From: an uncultured Chroococcidiopsis sp.
GTDB lineage: Bacteria; Cyanobacteriota; Cyanobacteriia; Cyanobacteriales; Chroococcidiopsidaceae
Length of the DNA stretch: 64,000 nt
NCBI GenBank assembly: GCA_964248365.1
Contig: CAXTYC010000016.1
Location: forward strand, 1 to 64,000
Direction: 5' to 3'
Part shown: one piece after another, positions 1 to 9,174 of the stretch
Position numbering within the stretch: position 1 is the stretch's first letter
How the letters are laid out: the number at the start of each line of letters is the position of its first letter
Position numbers and translations under genes: made by a program
Notes under the pieces: generated by a model
What the model was told of the DNA's origin: nothing
The model's input: the letters and a program-made list of their open reading frames with translations, nothing else
Database searches by the model: none

Positions 1-292
1 TTGAGTTTGGTCTACTGATTTGAGTCTTAAACCACTCATCTAGAACACTACCAAACCTTTTACCCAGTTATCCACAGGTAAATTGATAATACCCACTGTC
101 GTCTAAACAGTTACCAGTTACCAGTTATTGATTCCTTATAACTGGCAGAGTTCTACTTTTCACTGGTCACTGATTCACTGGTTACTGGTAAGGAGTCACT
201 GATTTAATGGTGGTATGTTTCAAGTGGGCTAAAATCCCCATTTGAAAAGGAGTCACTGCTAACTGGTAACTGATCGCTGATTTAACTGGACG

Positions 293-1879
293 CTAATTTG
301 GCTCTACAAACGTCTGAACGTTGCCATCAGGACTCAGCACAACTCTAATTCTAGGGGTAGCGCCCTGTGAATTTGGAGAAACAAAGGGTTCGCCGATTAA
401 AGGCATACCAGAGCGATCAACATAAGTTCTTGCTGCTTTGCCTAGCGGTTCAATCCTCTGAATAGAGCCGTCTACATCCAAGACGATGCTATACTCAAGG
501 GTTTGATTCAAGTTTGAAGGTGGTTCCCAATTTTTGACAAAGTAGTCTCTAACTTCAGCTGCTTGAGGTGTGCTAACTAAAGCTGTGGTTTTAGGTTTGC
601 TAGCTGTAGGTGGACGGTTAGGTAGTCTTGACGGAGTATCACTAGCTTGTCCTCGTAGAGCCGCAGTAAGCCTTTGTCGTGGGCTAGGCTGAGCATTTGA
701 CTCGGTTATTGTAGCACTACGATCTTCAAGCACTCCTGATGTCTGTTGTTTAGGAGGACTAATTTTTTGCCCTAGAGGACTAGGTATATTAGCAGTAGTA
801 TTAATTCCTGGTAAAGTTGTTACTCTGCCTAATTCTGGTGCAGTAGCTTTAGGAGTGGAGATAGATCCTTGCTGCTGCCCAGTTGGCTTGAGAATTGGTG
901 GCGCTTGTGTGATGCTAGGAAGAGAACTAATTGGAGTGGTTTTAGTTGTTGGTACTGGTGGAGGGCTGGGAATAGCTTGAGTTGTTCGAGGTAAGGGCAA
1001 GGTTGTTGTACCCGCCAGCCCTCCTGTTGTCGGGGGTATGCTTGATGAGGGGCTGGCTGTGGGTAATCGATTAGAAGTACTTACAGGTGGTAGAGAAGGT
1101 AAAGTATCTGGGGATGACAGTTGTGGTGTAGGTGAAGGTTTGAGGGCGATCGCCTGCTGGTTACTATTTGATCTAGGAGTAACGGAACGCCCCACTGTTT
1201 GTGGTTGTTCATCTGAGCTGTTGAGCACTTGCACCACAGCTGCTGTTAAACCCACACCCAACAGTAACATGGCGGCAATGCTAGCCCAAGTAGTAGAAGG
1301 TGTAGAACTAGCTAGACGAGGACGGCTAAAAGCTGTTGTGGTTAATACATCGGCGGCATATTCATCTAGGGCTGTTGCCAAATCAAACAGTTGGAGCATG
1401 GTTAACCGAATGATTTGCCCAGTTTCTTGCGTTGCTCCCGTGCCTAAAAACAGGTTGTGGAATAACCCACTGCTTTGTTGTAAAAATATTTCTCCTGTTG
1501 AGCTAGCATCACCACTAACATTTGTAACTTCTGGCACATCATAACTACGATAATCCCTGTCTGGGGGATGAGAAGACAATGCAGGTTCTGAAGCTAGATT
1601 TGTCTGTGATGAAAGCACAGTGTTGAAGTGATCGGGCGATGAGCCTAGCAAATTCTGCACATAATTGGTAACTACTTCATGGAGTGAGGCAAGTTGGTGG
1701 AGATCGCCCCCAATACTGATTCCTTCCTGTAGTTGCTTCAAGTCATTGAAGTGTAGCTCAAACTGTAACTGTTGGGTTGAACTTCCTCCCCACTTAGAGC
1801 TAGATGAACTAAGATCGAGAATTTGCAGTGTGCATGAAGGTTGAGTATAACTTTTTATAGCCAAATTTGACGAAGGCAT
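293..1879 (-). CDS. DUF4335-type cyanobacterial membrane protein (N-terminal domain, one TM helix, Pro/Ser/Thr-rich linker, conserved C-terminal domain)
   Basis: 528 aa ORF; N-terminal YTQPSCTL..QLQFELHF, LTMLQLFDLATALDEY, C-terminal WEPP..LEYSIVL..GSIQRIEPLG; lies directly downstream of a DUF3038 gene. Confidence 0.7.
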   Translation of the reverse strand: MPSSNLAIKSYTQPSCTLQILDLSSSSSKWGGSSTQQLQFELHFNDLKQLQEGISIGGDLHQLASLHEVVTNYVQNLLGSSPDHFNTVLSSQTNLASEPALSSHPPDRDYRSYDVPEVTNVSGDASSTGEIFLQQSSGLFHNLFLGTGATQETGQIIRLTMLQLFDLATALDEYAADVLTTTAFSRPRLASSTPSTTWASIAAMLLLGVGLTAAVVQVLNSSDEQPQTVGRSVTPRSNSNQQAIALKPSPTPQLSSPDTLPSLPPVSTSNRLPTASPSSSIPPTTGGLAGTTTLPLPRTTQAIPSPPPVPTTKTTPISSLPSITQAPPILKPTGQQQGSISTPKATAPELGRVTTLPGINTTANIPSPLGQKISPPKQQTSGVLEDRSATITESNAQPSPRQRLTAALRGQASDTPSRLPNRPPTASKPKTTALVSTPQAAEVRDYFVKNWEPPSNLNQTLEYSIVLDVDGSIQRIEPLGKAARTYVDRSGMPLIGEPFVSPNSQGATPRIRVVLSPDGNVQTFVEPN

Positions 1880-1947
1880 AACTAAGGATTAGGGAATAGG
1901 GTAATAGGGAAAGAGGTATTACGGTAAGGGTAAGGGTAAAGGGGAAA

Positions 1948-1981
1948 GGGAAAAGGGAAAAGGGAAAAGGGAAAAGGGAAA
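1948..1981. repeat. STRR-type heptamer tandem repeat (GGGAAAA)n
   Basis: Tandem heptamer read directly. Similar tracts occur at about 6641-6670 (CCCTTTA), 8589-8662 (GCTAACA), 17574-17606 (TAACTGG), 22384-22422 (ACCAATT), 37914-37948 (CCCTAGC), 49006-49050 and 63548-63575 (GGGGCTA). Confidence 0.9.
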
Positions 1982-2055
1982 GAGGTATTGCGGTAAGATT
2001 AAGATGCAGTTCGAGCTACCCTTACCTGCTACCCCTACCCTTCTTACTTCACACT

Positions 2056-2664
2056 TCATACTTCATCTTGTTGTGAACGGTCTAAAAGTGCTAACCAAAG
2101 ACGACGGTAACCATTAGAACCGCTGTAAAATAACAAATCTATTAATAGTTTCAGAGCTAGCCCACTCAGCAGGTTAGGCGAGATGTTGTCGTCATCTTCC
2201 ATCCGTTCTTGGTAGATGTTGCTGAAAGCATCAATATAATCTCCCAGTAAAGCCGCTTTATACGGTTCGTCATTGTTAGCTACCACTTGTTCTAGCTGCG
2301 CTACGGCGCGACGAATTTTGTCCTGGTGCTGTTTGGCAAGGTGACAGATAATTAAAACAAGCGATCGCGCTTCTTCGACATCCAGTTTTTTTCGTCCCCC
2401 CTCGCTTTTACGCAAGGGGTTCGACATCCGCAGCCGCCATAAAGCCACGCGATCAGGTACTTTTGAATCTAAATTCAACTGCTCTGCTGCTTGCAGCATT
2501 GCTTCTGAGCCAAGACCTACCAATGCTTCTAGCGCCAACAAGATAATATCTAGTTGGGCTTTGATGTTATTTAATTGTGCTGGTGCTGGCTCGGTACGAG
2601 TGAGTTCATCCCACTTAGTATTCAGGTTGAGAAAAGAAGCGCTAGATTGCATAACCATTAGCAT
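2056..2664 (-). CDS. DUF3038 family protein
   Basis: LDIILLALEAL, RVALWRLRMSNPLRK, LDVEEARSLV and LLIDLLFYSG..G.RRLW motifs typical of this cyanobacterial family. Confidence 0.75.
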   Translation of the reverse strand: MLMVMQSSASFLNLNTKWDELTRTEPAPAQLNNIKAQLDIILLALEALVGLGSEAMLQAAEQLNLDSKVPDRVALWRLRMSNPLRKSEGGRKKLDVEEARSLVLIICHLAKQHQDKIRRAVAQLEQVVANNDEPYKAALLGDYIDAFSNIYQERMEDDDNISPNLLSGLALKLLIDLLFYSGSNGYRRLWLALLDRSQQDEV

Positions 2665-2818
2665 ATAGGGTAAGACGAAGATATACCAGACTGTTACCCA
2701 TTTTGAAACCAGAGTTGATCTTGCTATATCTGGTTTTTTGCAGCTAAGTGATTAACTGCAAAAAAATGTTAATTTTAACAATTTTTTTGGTAAATATCTA
2801 ACATCCTACACCTAGATG

Positions 2819-5311
2819 CTACTGAACATAAACGACTGTGACTCCAGAACCACCATCGGCAGGTTCAGCTGGCTGATAATGACTAACTCTTGGGTGTTGT
2901 TGTAAAAAATTGTGAATACCTTGCCGCAGTCGTCCTGTACCATGACCATGAATAACCCACAATGGTCCACTCGCTTCGGCGATCGCTTTATCTAACACCC
3001 GCTCAGCATCCGCTACCCGACTACCGCGCAAATCGATTGTGTTTTGCGAAGTCCTGATAGCGGGTGTGGAGCTGGCGGCGAGCAAGTTCTCCTGTGCTCC
3101 TGTGCTCCTGTGCTCCTGTGCTCCTGTGCTCCCCTGCTTCCCCTGCTCCTTAACAGATCGTTGTGCTTTTTTCCCATCAAGCGATTCAATATCTTCTAGC
3201 TTCACGGTCATTTTCATCAAACCAAACCGGACGGTTAGATCTCCATCGTCGTCTGGTTGGCTTAATACCTCGGCAGTTTGACCAAGACGGGGAATACGGA
3301 TGCGATCGCCTATTTGTGGTCGAAATACCACTTGAGGAGGAGGTGCAGGTGGCACATAGCGGCTAGCCATTTGATTGATGGCATTTGTTGCTTGCTGCGC
3401 CGCTTGCGCTGTGGGAGTGCCTTGCTGCAAACGCCGAATCACAGAGGCAATTTCACCTTTAGCCTGTGCGATCGCAGCTAGTACTGTTTGTTCCTGGGAG
3501 GCGCGTAAGGCGCGTTCCCGTTCCTCCAATTGAGCTGCTTTGTGAGATACTTGTTGATAAAGTCGCTCCGCCTGCTGCAATAATTCTTGCGCCTCGGTGG
3601 CTTTGGTTTCTTGGCGACGACGCTGTGCCTCGAGTCCAGCAATCACCTGGTTAATATCTTCTGTTGCCCCACCTAGTTTAGTTTTCGCCTCCTCCACCAC
3701 TTCCCTTTTGAGTCCTAAACGACGGGCAATTGTCAGAGCGTTGGAACGACCTGGAATTCCCCACAACAAGCGATAGGTAGGCGATAAACTCTCTTCGTCA
3801 AATTCTACTGAGGCATTTTCAAATCGCTCGTCTTGATATTTCAGTGCTTTGAGTTCGCCAAAGTGAGTTGTAGCAATGCTCAATTGGGCATGCTCGGCTA
3901 GATATTGCAGCAACGCGATCGCCAAGGCACTACCTTCAGCTGGATCGGTTCCCGCTCCTACTTCGTCGAGTAGTACGAGTGCTGCGTGGGGATGAGCTGG
4001 GGGATCTGGGGAGGCTGAGGGAGAAAAGCCTCTCGCCTCTCGCCTCTCGCCTCTCGCCTCTTGCCTCTCGCCTTCTAAAGCATCTAAAATGCGACTAATG
4101 CGACGAATGTGACCAGAGAAAGTGGATAAACTTTGCTCTAGGGACTGCTCATCCCCAATATCAGCTAGGATGGCTTCAAACCAAGGCAATTCCACAGGTT
4201 CTTTGGCTGGGACAAATAAACCCACTTTTGCCATCAAAGCAGCCAAACCCAAAGTTTTCAGTGTGACGGTTTTACCCCCAGTGTTTGGTCCTGTAATCGT
4301 CACTACTCGAATTTGGGGCTGGATTACCAGATCCACAGGCACAACTGGCGCACCTTGTTCGTGAGCATACTGCCATACTAGTAGGGGATGACGCAGCTGG
4401 CGCAGGGTGATTGTTTCTCCCTCAGAACGGTCAATGAATCTAGGAGGATTTGCCCCTAACCATAAGCTATATCGAGCGCGGGCGCAGGCAAGATCTAAAG
4501 TAGTGGCGATCGCTAGCACTCGCTCTAAATCTTCCTTCACTGCTGCTACTTGACTCGTCAATTTCCGCCGGATTGCTTCTTCTTCGGCTTGCTCTTTAGC
4601 TATCTGTTGCCGTATTTGATTTCCGAGCGGGACAATTGAATTCGGTTCTACATAAAGTGTCGCTCCGCTGGTAGATGCATCATGTACAATACCTGGAATA
4701 GCTTCTTTATGAGTTGCTTTGACGGGAATAACAAAGCGATCGCTTCTTTGGGTAATTAGTTGTTCTTGAACTGCATTTGCCTGTCGCTGTAAAATGCCTT
4801 GTAACTTGCTAGTGATTTGGTTGCGTAATTGTCGCAATGAACTGCGAATGGACGCTAAGCTTGGGCTAGCTCGGTCAGTTACCTTTCCTTGCTCATCGAT
4901 ACAGTACTGAATTTCCTGCTCTAACTCTGGATACGTCCGCAGTTGAGATACTATTTCCTTAAGTACAGGTAAATCCGGTTGCTGATCGATTACTCTTCTT
5001 AGCTGTCTAGTTCCAGCTAAAGTAGTAGCGATCGCCAATAGTTGACCGCCTGTTAAAACCCCCTGACGAATCGCCAGTTCTAGAGACTCGCCAATATCTT
5101 GAATTCCTTCAAAGGATAAACCAGTGGCTAGGCTACTTTCTAATTGATATACTTCCCCAGTTTGTAATAACAATTCCTGACTTTGTGCAAGACTTGTAGG
5201 AATTGCTATCCGAGCGGCTGCGATCGCACCTAACTTGGTTGCCGCAAAAGTAGATAAATGTTGGCACAGGCGCGACCACTCTAACAGTTCTAAAGTCTCT
5301 GCTTGGATCAA
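2819..5311 (-). CDS. mutS2: Endonuclease MutS2
   Basis: Walker A ITGPNTGGKT, DIGDEQSLEQSLSTFSGH, LLDEVGAGTDP, TTHFGELK, C-terminal Smr domain (IDLRG..IHGHGTGRLR). Confidence 0.97.
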   Translation of the reverse strand: MIQAETLELLEWSRLCQHLSTFAATKLGAIAAARIAIPTSLAQSQELLLQTGEVYQLESSLATGLSFEGIQDIGESLELAIRQGVLTGGQLLAIATTLAGTRQLRRVIDQQPDLPVLKEIVSQLRTYPELEQEIQYCIDEQGKVTDRASPSLASIRSSLRQLRNQITSKLQGILQRQANAVQEQLITQRSDRFVIPVKATHKEAIPGIVHDASTSGATLYVEPNSIVPLGNQIRQQIAKEQAEEEAIRRKLTSQVAAVKEDLERVLAIATTLDLACARARYSLWLGANPPRFIDRSEGETITLRQLRHPLLVWQYAHEQGAPVVPVDLVIQPQIRVVTITGPNTGGKTVTLKTLGLAALMAKVGLFVPAKEPVELPWFEAILADIGDEQSLEQSLSTFSGHIRRISRILDALEGERQEARGERREARGFSPSASPDPPAHPHAALVLLDEVGAGTDPAEGSALAIALLQYLAEHAQLSIATTHFGELKALKYQDERFENASVEFDEESLSPTYRLLWGIPGRSNALTIARRLGLKREVVEEAKTKLGGATEDINQVIAGLEAQRRRQETKATEAQELLQQAERLYQQVSHKAAQLEERERALRASQEQTVLAAIAQAKGEIASVIRRLQQGTPTAQAAQQATNAINQMASRYVPPAPPPQVVFRPQIGDRIRIPRLGQTAEVLSQPDDDGDLTVRFGLMKMTVKLEDIESLDGKKAQRSVKEQGKQGSTGAQEHRSTGAQENLLAASSTPAIRTSQNTIDLRGSRVADAERVLDKAIAEASGPLWVIHGHGTGRLRQGIHNFLQQHPRVSHYQPAEPADGGSGVTVVYVQ

Positions 5312-5582
5312 TGCTTAAATTTTAATTAAATTACGTTTACTATCCTCACCTGTCTCTCGCCCGACGATCGCAAATCAAAACAGGCAACAAGCGATTACTT
5401 ATATTGCGATTGTAGTACCTTAATATTAAGGATTACTCATGCTTAAGAAGTACTTTGTATTACTATATTACCACACTTTTGTAGTACTTAGACAAAAGCA
5501 GGAGACAGAATAATTATAAATTCGCGCACCCAGACGCGCAAGGGACGCGCTCCCCTGCTTATAAAGCTATATTTAGAGCGCT

Positions 5583-5713
5583 TATACCTGATCGGGGATA
5601 CGTGATCCCGTAGGGTTTTATTGGTGCAATATTTGAATTACAGCAAACGAATTGCACTTAAGATCGGGTTTTATAATCTTTAAATCTATGGTTCCCAAAA
5701 TCCAAAATGGTAT
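5583..5713. repeat. MITE-like dispersed repeat, copy A
   Basis: Shares GGTTTTATTGGTGCAA and AAATCTATGGTYCCCAAAATCYAAAATGGTA with 32724-32814; ends resemble the inverted termini ATACC.../...ATGGTAT of 14144-14246. Confidence 0.6.
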
Positions 5714-5726
5714 GAGCCTAGTTTGC

Positions 5727-6290
5727 TCAAAGATTGAAGCTTGAAAAAAGTCGTCTTTCTTGTTTTGGGGCTGTAAGTTGGGGATTAGGACGTTTGTTTA
5801 GGTAAATATCAATCGTAGCTGGAGCAAATCCTATTGGTTTTGGTGGTACAGATGTTGTATGCGCTTTGCTTATAGACTTGATGATGGTTGCTAGCTCTTT
5901 CCAGACTGCTATCCATGCTGCTGTGAGTCGAAGATCCAATTTGATCCCAAGCTTTTTGAGCCAATATTTTACTTCAACAGTTGAAAAACAGCCTGTAGCA
6001 ACAAGCGCCCACTTTTTAGCATCTTTTAGCCGAATTCTTTCTTTGTCGCTGTATTTTGCTTTGCGTTGTGGAGTTTTTATTTGTTTTGATGCTGTTGCTA
6101 CTTGAAGATCTTGGTGTTCTAAATAGCAATAATGTTCTGCTGTTGCGATCGCGCAGACAGTATGAGTAGAATGCATAGTAGACATAGTGAACAGGGTAGA
6201 CACGCTAGACATCGTTGACACGGTAGACACGGTAGACACGGTAGACACGGTAGACACCTTGTTGTGTGTTACTAGGGGTGATGCTGCCAA
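5727..6290 (-). CDS. Hypothetical protein with N-terminal (V/M-S-T)n tripeptide repeat and basic C-terminal domain
   Basis: 187 aa ORF with TTG start and an AGGGG SD-like motif upstream; divergent from a small DNA-binding-like gene. Confidence 0.55.
   Translation of the reverse strand: MAASPLVTHNKVSTVSTVSTVSTVSTMSSVSTLFTMSTMHSTHTVCAIATAEHYCYLEHQDLQVATASKQIKTPQRKAKYSDKERIRLKDAKKWALVATGCFSTVEVKYWLKKLGIKLDLRLTAAWIAVWKELATIIKSISKAHTTSVPPKPIGFAPATIDIYLNKRPNPQLTAPKQERRLFSSFNL
6217..6257. repeat. 9-bp tandem repeat (GACACGGTA)x4.5 with degenerate copies to about 6160
   Basis: Read directly; encodes VSTVSTVSTVSTVST on the minus strand. Confidence 0.95.
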
Positions 6291-6359
6291 GCTACTAACC
6301 CCTAGTTTTGATTGATATAATACTATATTACATTATTATAACCGATTTGTATACAGTGT

Positions 6360-6566
6360 ATGGGCAGAAAAACAGAAAAACATAAAACTACATTTGTAAA
6401 GTTTCATCAAGAGGAAATGGGAGTTCAGCCGCTTTCGGTGAGAGTGAATGCCCAATTAGATAAATTTGTGCGCTCGCTACCTAATCGTACCGAGTGGCTA
6501 AGAGAAGCGATCGCAGAGAAATATGAGCGCGAAAAACAAGCTCAAAACCAGCAAGAGAGCGCTTAA
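6360..6566 (+). CDS. Small ribbon-helix-helix/CopG-like DNA-binding protein
   Basis: 68 aa; PLSVRV beta-strand then LDKFVRSLPNRTEWLREAIAEK helix-helix pattern. Confidence 0.65.
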   Translation: MGRKTEKHKTTFVKFHQEEMGVQPLSVRVNAQLDKFVRSLPNRTEWLREAIAEKYEREKQAQNQQESA

Positions 6567-6794
6567 CAGATAGGGAGTAGGGAGTAGGGAGGACTTGGGG
6601 ACTTGGGGGAGGAAATTACCCGAGTCCCTAAGTCCCCATTCCCTTTACCCTTTACCCTTTACCCTTTACCCTTCTTAGAGCAAGAAGTATAGTGCCAAAA
6701 GTGGTTTGTTAAAAACAAATACCCTTACTGGGCTAACCAATTCCGGTATGAATTTGGTAATCTAGCGGAATAGTATGGGAACGAGTAGAAAAAC

Positions 6795-7958
6795 GTGAAT
6801 ATTCAAATTGGGAGAGGAAAGACAGCTCGCCGAGCCTACGGTATTGACGAAATAGCCCTAGCCCCTGGAGTGCGTACACTAGACCCTAGTATGTCCGATA
6901 CCAGCTGGCGAATTGGCAATATTGAAAGAGAAATCCCAATCATTGCTAGTGCAATGGATGGCGTGGTAGATGTCCGCATGGCAGTGTTGTTATCCAAGTT
7001 GGGGGCATTGGGAGTTCTCAACTTAGAGGGCATCCAAACTCGGTATGCAGATCCAGAGCCAATTTTACAACAAATTAGCTCAGTGGGCAAAGATGAGTTT
7101 GTGACGCTGATGCAAGAACTGTATGCCGAGCCAATAAAGCCCGAATTGATTGAGCAACGCATTGGGGAAATAAAGCAGCAAGGGGGCATTGCTGCTGTGA
7201 GTGCTACGCCAGTTGGGGCAAGCAAGTATGGTAGCGTAGTAGCTTCGTCAGGTGCTGACTTATTTTTTGTCCAAGCAACGGTCGTGTCAACAGATCACTT
7301 ATCGCCCTCGTCAGTCAGTCCGCTTGATTTGGCTTCTTTTTGTTTAGAAATGCCCATACCAGTAGTGTTGGGTAATTGTGTCACTTACGAAGTTACCTTG
7401 AAATTGCTCAAGGCAGGGGCAGCTGGAGTACTGGTAGGAATTGGTCCTGGGGCAGCTTGTACGTCGCGGGGAGTATTAGGTGTAGGTGTACCCCAAGCAA
7501 CAGCGATCGCAGACTGTGCGGCGGCGCGGGATGATTACTATCAAGAAACTGGCAACTATGTGCCAATTATCGCTGATGGTGGTTTAATCACTGGTGGCGA
7601 CATCTGTAAGTGTATAGCCTGTGGAGCCGACGGGGTGATGATTGGTTCACCCTTTGCTAGAGCCGCAGAAGCACCTGGAAAAGGTTATCATTGGGGCATG
7701 GCGACACCTAGCCCAGTCCTTCCGCGTGGCACTCGCATCCGTGTTGGAACTACTGGTACGTGTGAGCAAATCCTTCGAGGACCTGCCGCTCTTGATGATG
7801 GTACTCATAACTTGCTGGGAGCTTTAAAAACCAGTATGGGTACTTTGGGAGCCAAAGACATCAAAGGAATGCAGCAAGTTGAAGTTGTAATTGCTCCAAG
7901 TCTATTGACAGAAGGTAAAGTTTATCAAAAAGCTCAGCAACTCGGAATGGGCAAGTAG
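6795..7958 (+). CDS. guaB3: GuaB3 family IMP dehydrogenase-related protein
   Basis: VGIGPGAACTSR catalytic loop, IIADGG, WGMATPS; upstream of Yfr1 and trxA as in other cyanobacteria. Confidence 0.93.
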   Translation: MNIQIGRGKTARRAYGIDEIALAPGVRTLDPSMSDTSWRIGNIEREIPIIASAMDGVVDVRMAVLLSKLGALGVLNLEGIQTRYADPEPILQQISSVGKDEFVTLMQELYAEPIKPELIEQRIGEIKQQGGIAAVSATPVGASKYGSVVASSGADLFFVQATVVSTDHLSPSSVSPLDLASFCLEMPIPVVLGNCVTYEVTLKLLKAGAAGVLVGIGPGAACTSRGVLGVGVPQATAIADCAAARDDYYQETGNYVPIIADGGLITGGDICKCIACGADGVMIGSPFARAAEAPGKGYHWGMATPSPVLPRGTRIRVGTTGTCEQILRGPAALDDGTHNLLGALKTSMGTLGAKDIKGMQQVEVVIAPSLLTEGKVYQKAQQLGMGK

Positions 7959-8226
7959 AAGGATAATTCGTAATTATCTTGTTCTCCCCTTTTCCCCTTT
8001 GCCCCTAATCCCCACGCGCTTGAGAAAGAGCAACTCTCCCCCTAGCATAAACCTGTCTAAATTTGTCAGACCGTGTTTTAGGGTTGTCTGTGATGTAGTC
8101 GGAATAATTGAGTTTGACGTGGGACAAATTTAGCGTCGTTCCTTGTACCCCTGTCGCTGGTTTTGGGTCATTCTAAAATTTTCCGTAATCCTTTGAGAAT
8201 TACAAAGAAAAACTAGAACTGTCGCC

Positions 8227-8232
8227 TACAAT
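8227..8232 (+). promoter_or_regulatory. -10 element (TACAAT) of the Yfr1 promoter
   Basis: TACAAT 7 nt upstream of the GCGGAG start of the Yfr1 hairpin. Confidence 0.65.
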
Positions 8233-8239
8233 AGAAAAA

Positions 8240-8308
8240 GCGGAGACTTTAGTTTCCGTTCACTCCTCACACCACACTCCGCCCGGACTACTGTTCGGGC
8301 GGTTCCTT
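8240..8308 (+). ncRNA. yfr1: Yfr1 small RNA
   Basis: 5' hairpin CGGAGAC/GTTTCCG, conserved unpaired ACTCCTCACAC at 8262-8272, 3' hairpin CCGCCCGGAC/GTTCGGGCGG; located between guaB and trxA, the known Yfr1 locus. Confidence 0.93.
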
Positions 8309-8694
8309 ATTAAGGGGTAAAGTACATATACTTACACTAGTTGCACACTGGCGAAGAGGAGATCGTTGTACTACGCTGCCCAGAATCTGTCTAAATACAT
8401 ATGCTAGAGGAAGAAAAACAAAGGTTTGCGCTGTGATAGAATCTTCACCAAAGTAAGTAAAAGCGATTAGCCAAAAGCGATTAGCCAGTAGCTTTTAGTT
8501 TTGTAGCGATTAGCTTTTAGCTTTGTAGCAACACAATTGACGCACCTGGTTACAAAGATAACCATCTGCTAGAAACAAAGAAGCTCTACTAACAGCTAAC
8601 AGCTAACAGCTTGCCAGCTAACAGCGCGCCAGCTAACAGCTTGCCAGCTAACAGCTAACAGCTTTGTAAAAATATAGCTAAGGATTTTCAGGCA

Positions 8695-9018
8695 ATGTCA
8701 GTAGCCGCACAAGTTACAGACTCTACGTTTAAGCAAGAAGTACTTGATAGTAATGTTCCTGTTCTAGTTGACTTTTGGGCTCCCTGGTGCGGACCGTGCC
8801 GGATGGTAGCTCCCGTAGTTGATGAAATCGCACAGCAGTACGACGGGCAGGTCAAAGTCGTTAAATTAAATACAGATGAGAATCCCAATGTTGCCAGTCA
8901 GTACGGTATCCGCAGCATTCCCACACTAATGATTTTTAAGGATGGGCAAAAAGTGGATATGGTAGTAGGCGCAGTGCCGAAAACAACACTGTCTAATACT
9001 TTGGAAAAGTATTTGTAA
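8695..9018 (+). CDS. trxA: Thioredoxin (m-type)
   Basis: [13 protein letters not shown] active site, 107 aa. Confidence 0.98.
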   Translation: MSVAAQVTDSTFKQEVLDSNVPVLVDFWAPWCGPCRMVAPVVDEIAQQYDGQVKVVKLNTDENPNVASQYGIRSIPTLMIFKDGQKVDMVVGAVPKTTLSNTLEKYL

Positions 9019-9048
9019 AACACAATCACCTGCTGCGTAAATAATGTT

Positions 9049-9084
9049 AAGCGCCAGAGGTTTTTTGGCTATATGGCGCTTTTT
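9049..9084 (+). terminator. Probable intrinsic terminator after trxA
   Basis: AAGCGCCA...TGGCGCTT stem followed by a T-run. Confidence 0.5.
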
Positions 9085-9174
9085 GATTTAATCGGGCAGT
9101 ACAAAACAAGCAGTTATATTTTGACTAAAGGCGAATTATCGATAAAATAGAGTGCCACTCGTGCAGTAGCACTC

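Noticed and set aside
68..76. Perfect DnaA box TTATCCACA
   Set aside because: Single copy; one 9-mer in 64 kb is near chance expectation and no cluster or dnaA is visible. The left flank is outside the window.
1038..1544. 168-aa plus-strand ORF and the many other antisense ORFs in the track (e.g. 18887-19600, 28641-29048, 36040-36459, 45073-45951)
   Set aside because: They lie opposite well-supported genes and have no recognisable motifs; treated as shadow ORFs.
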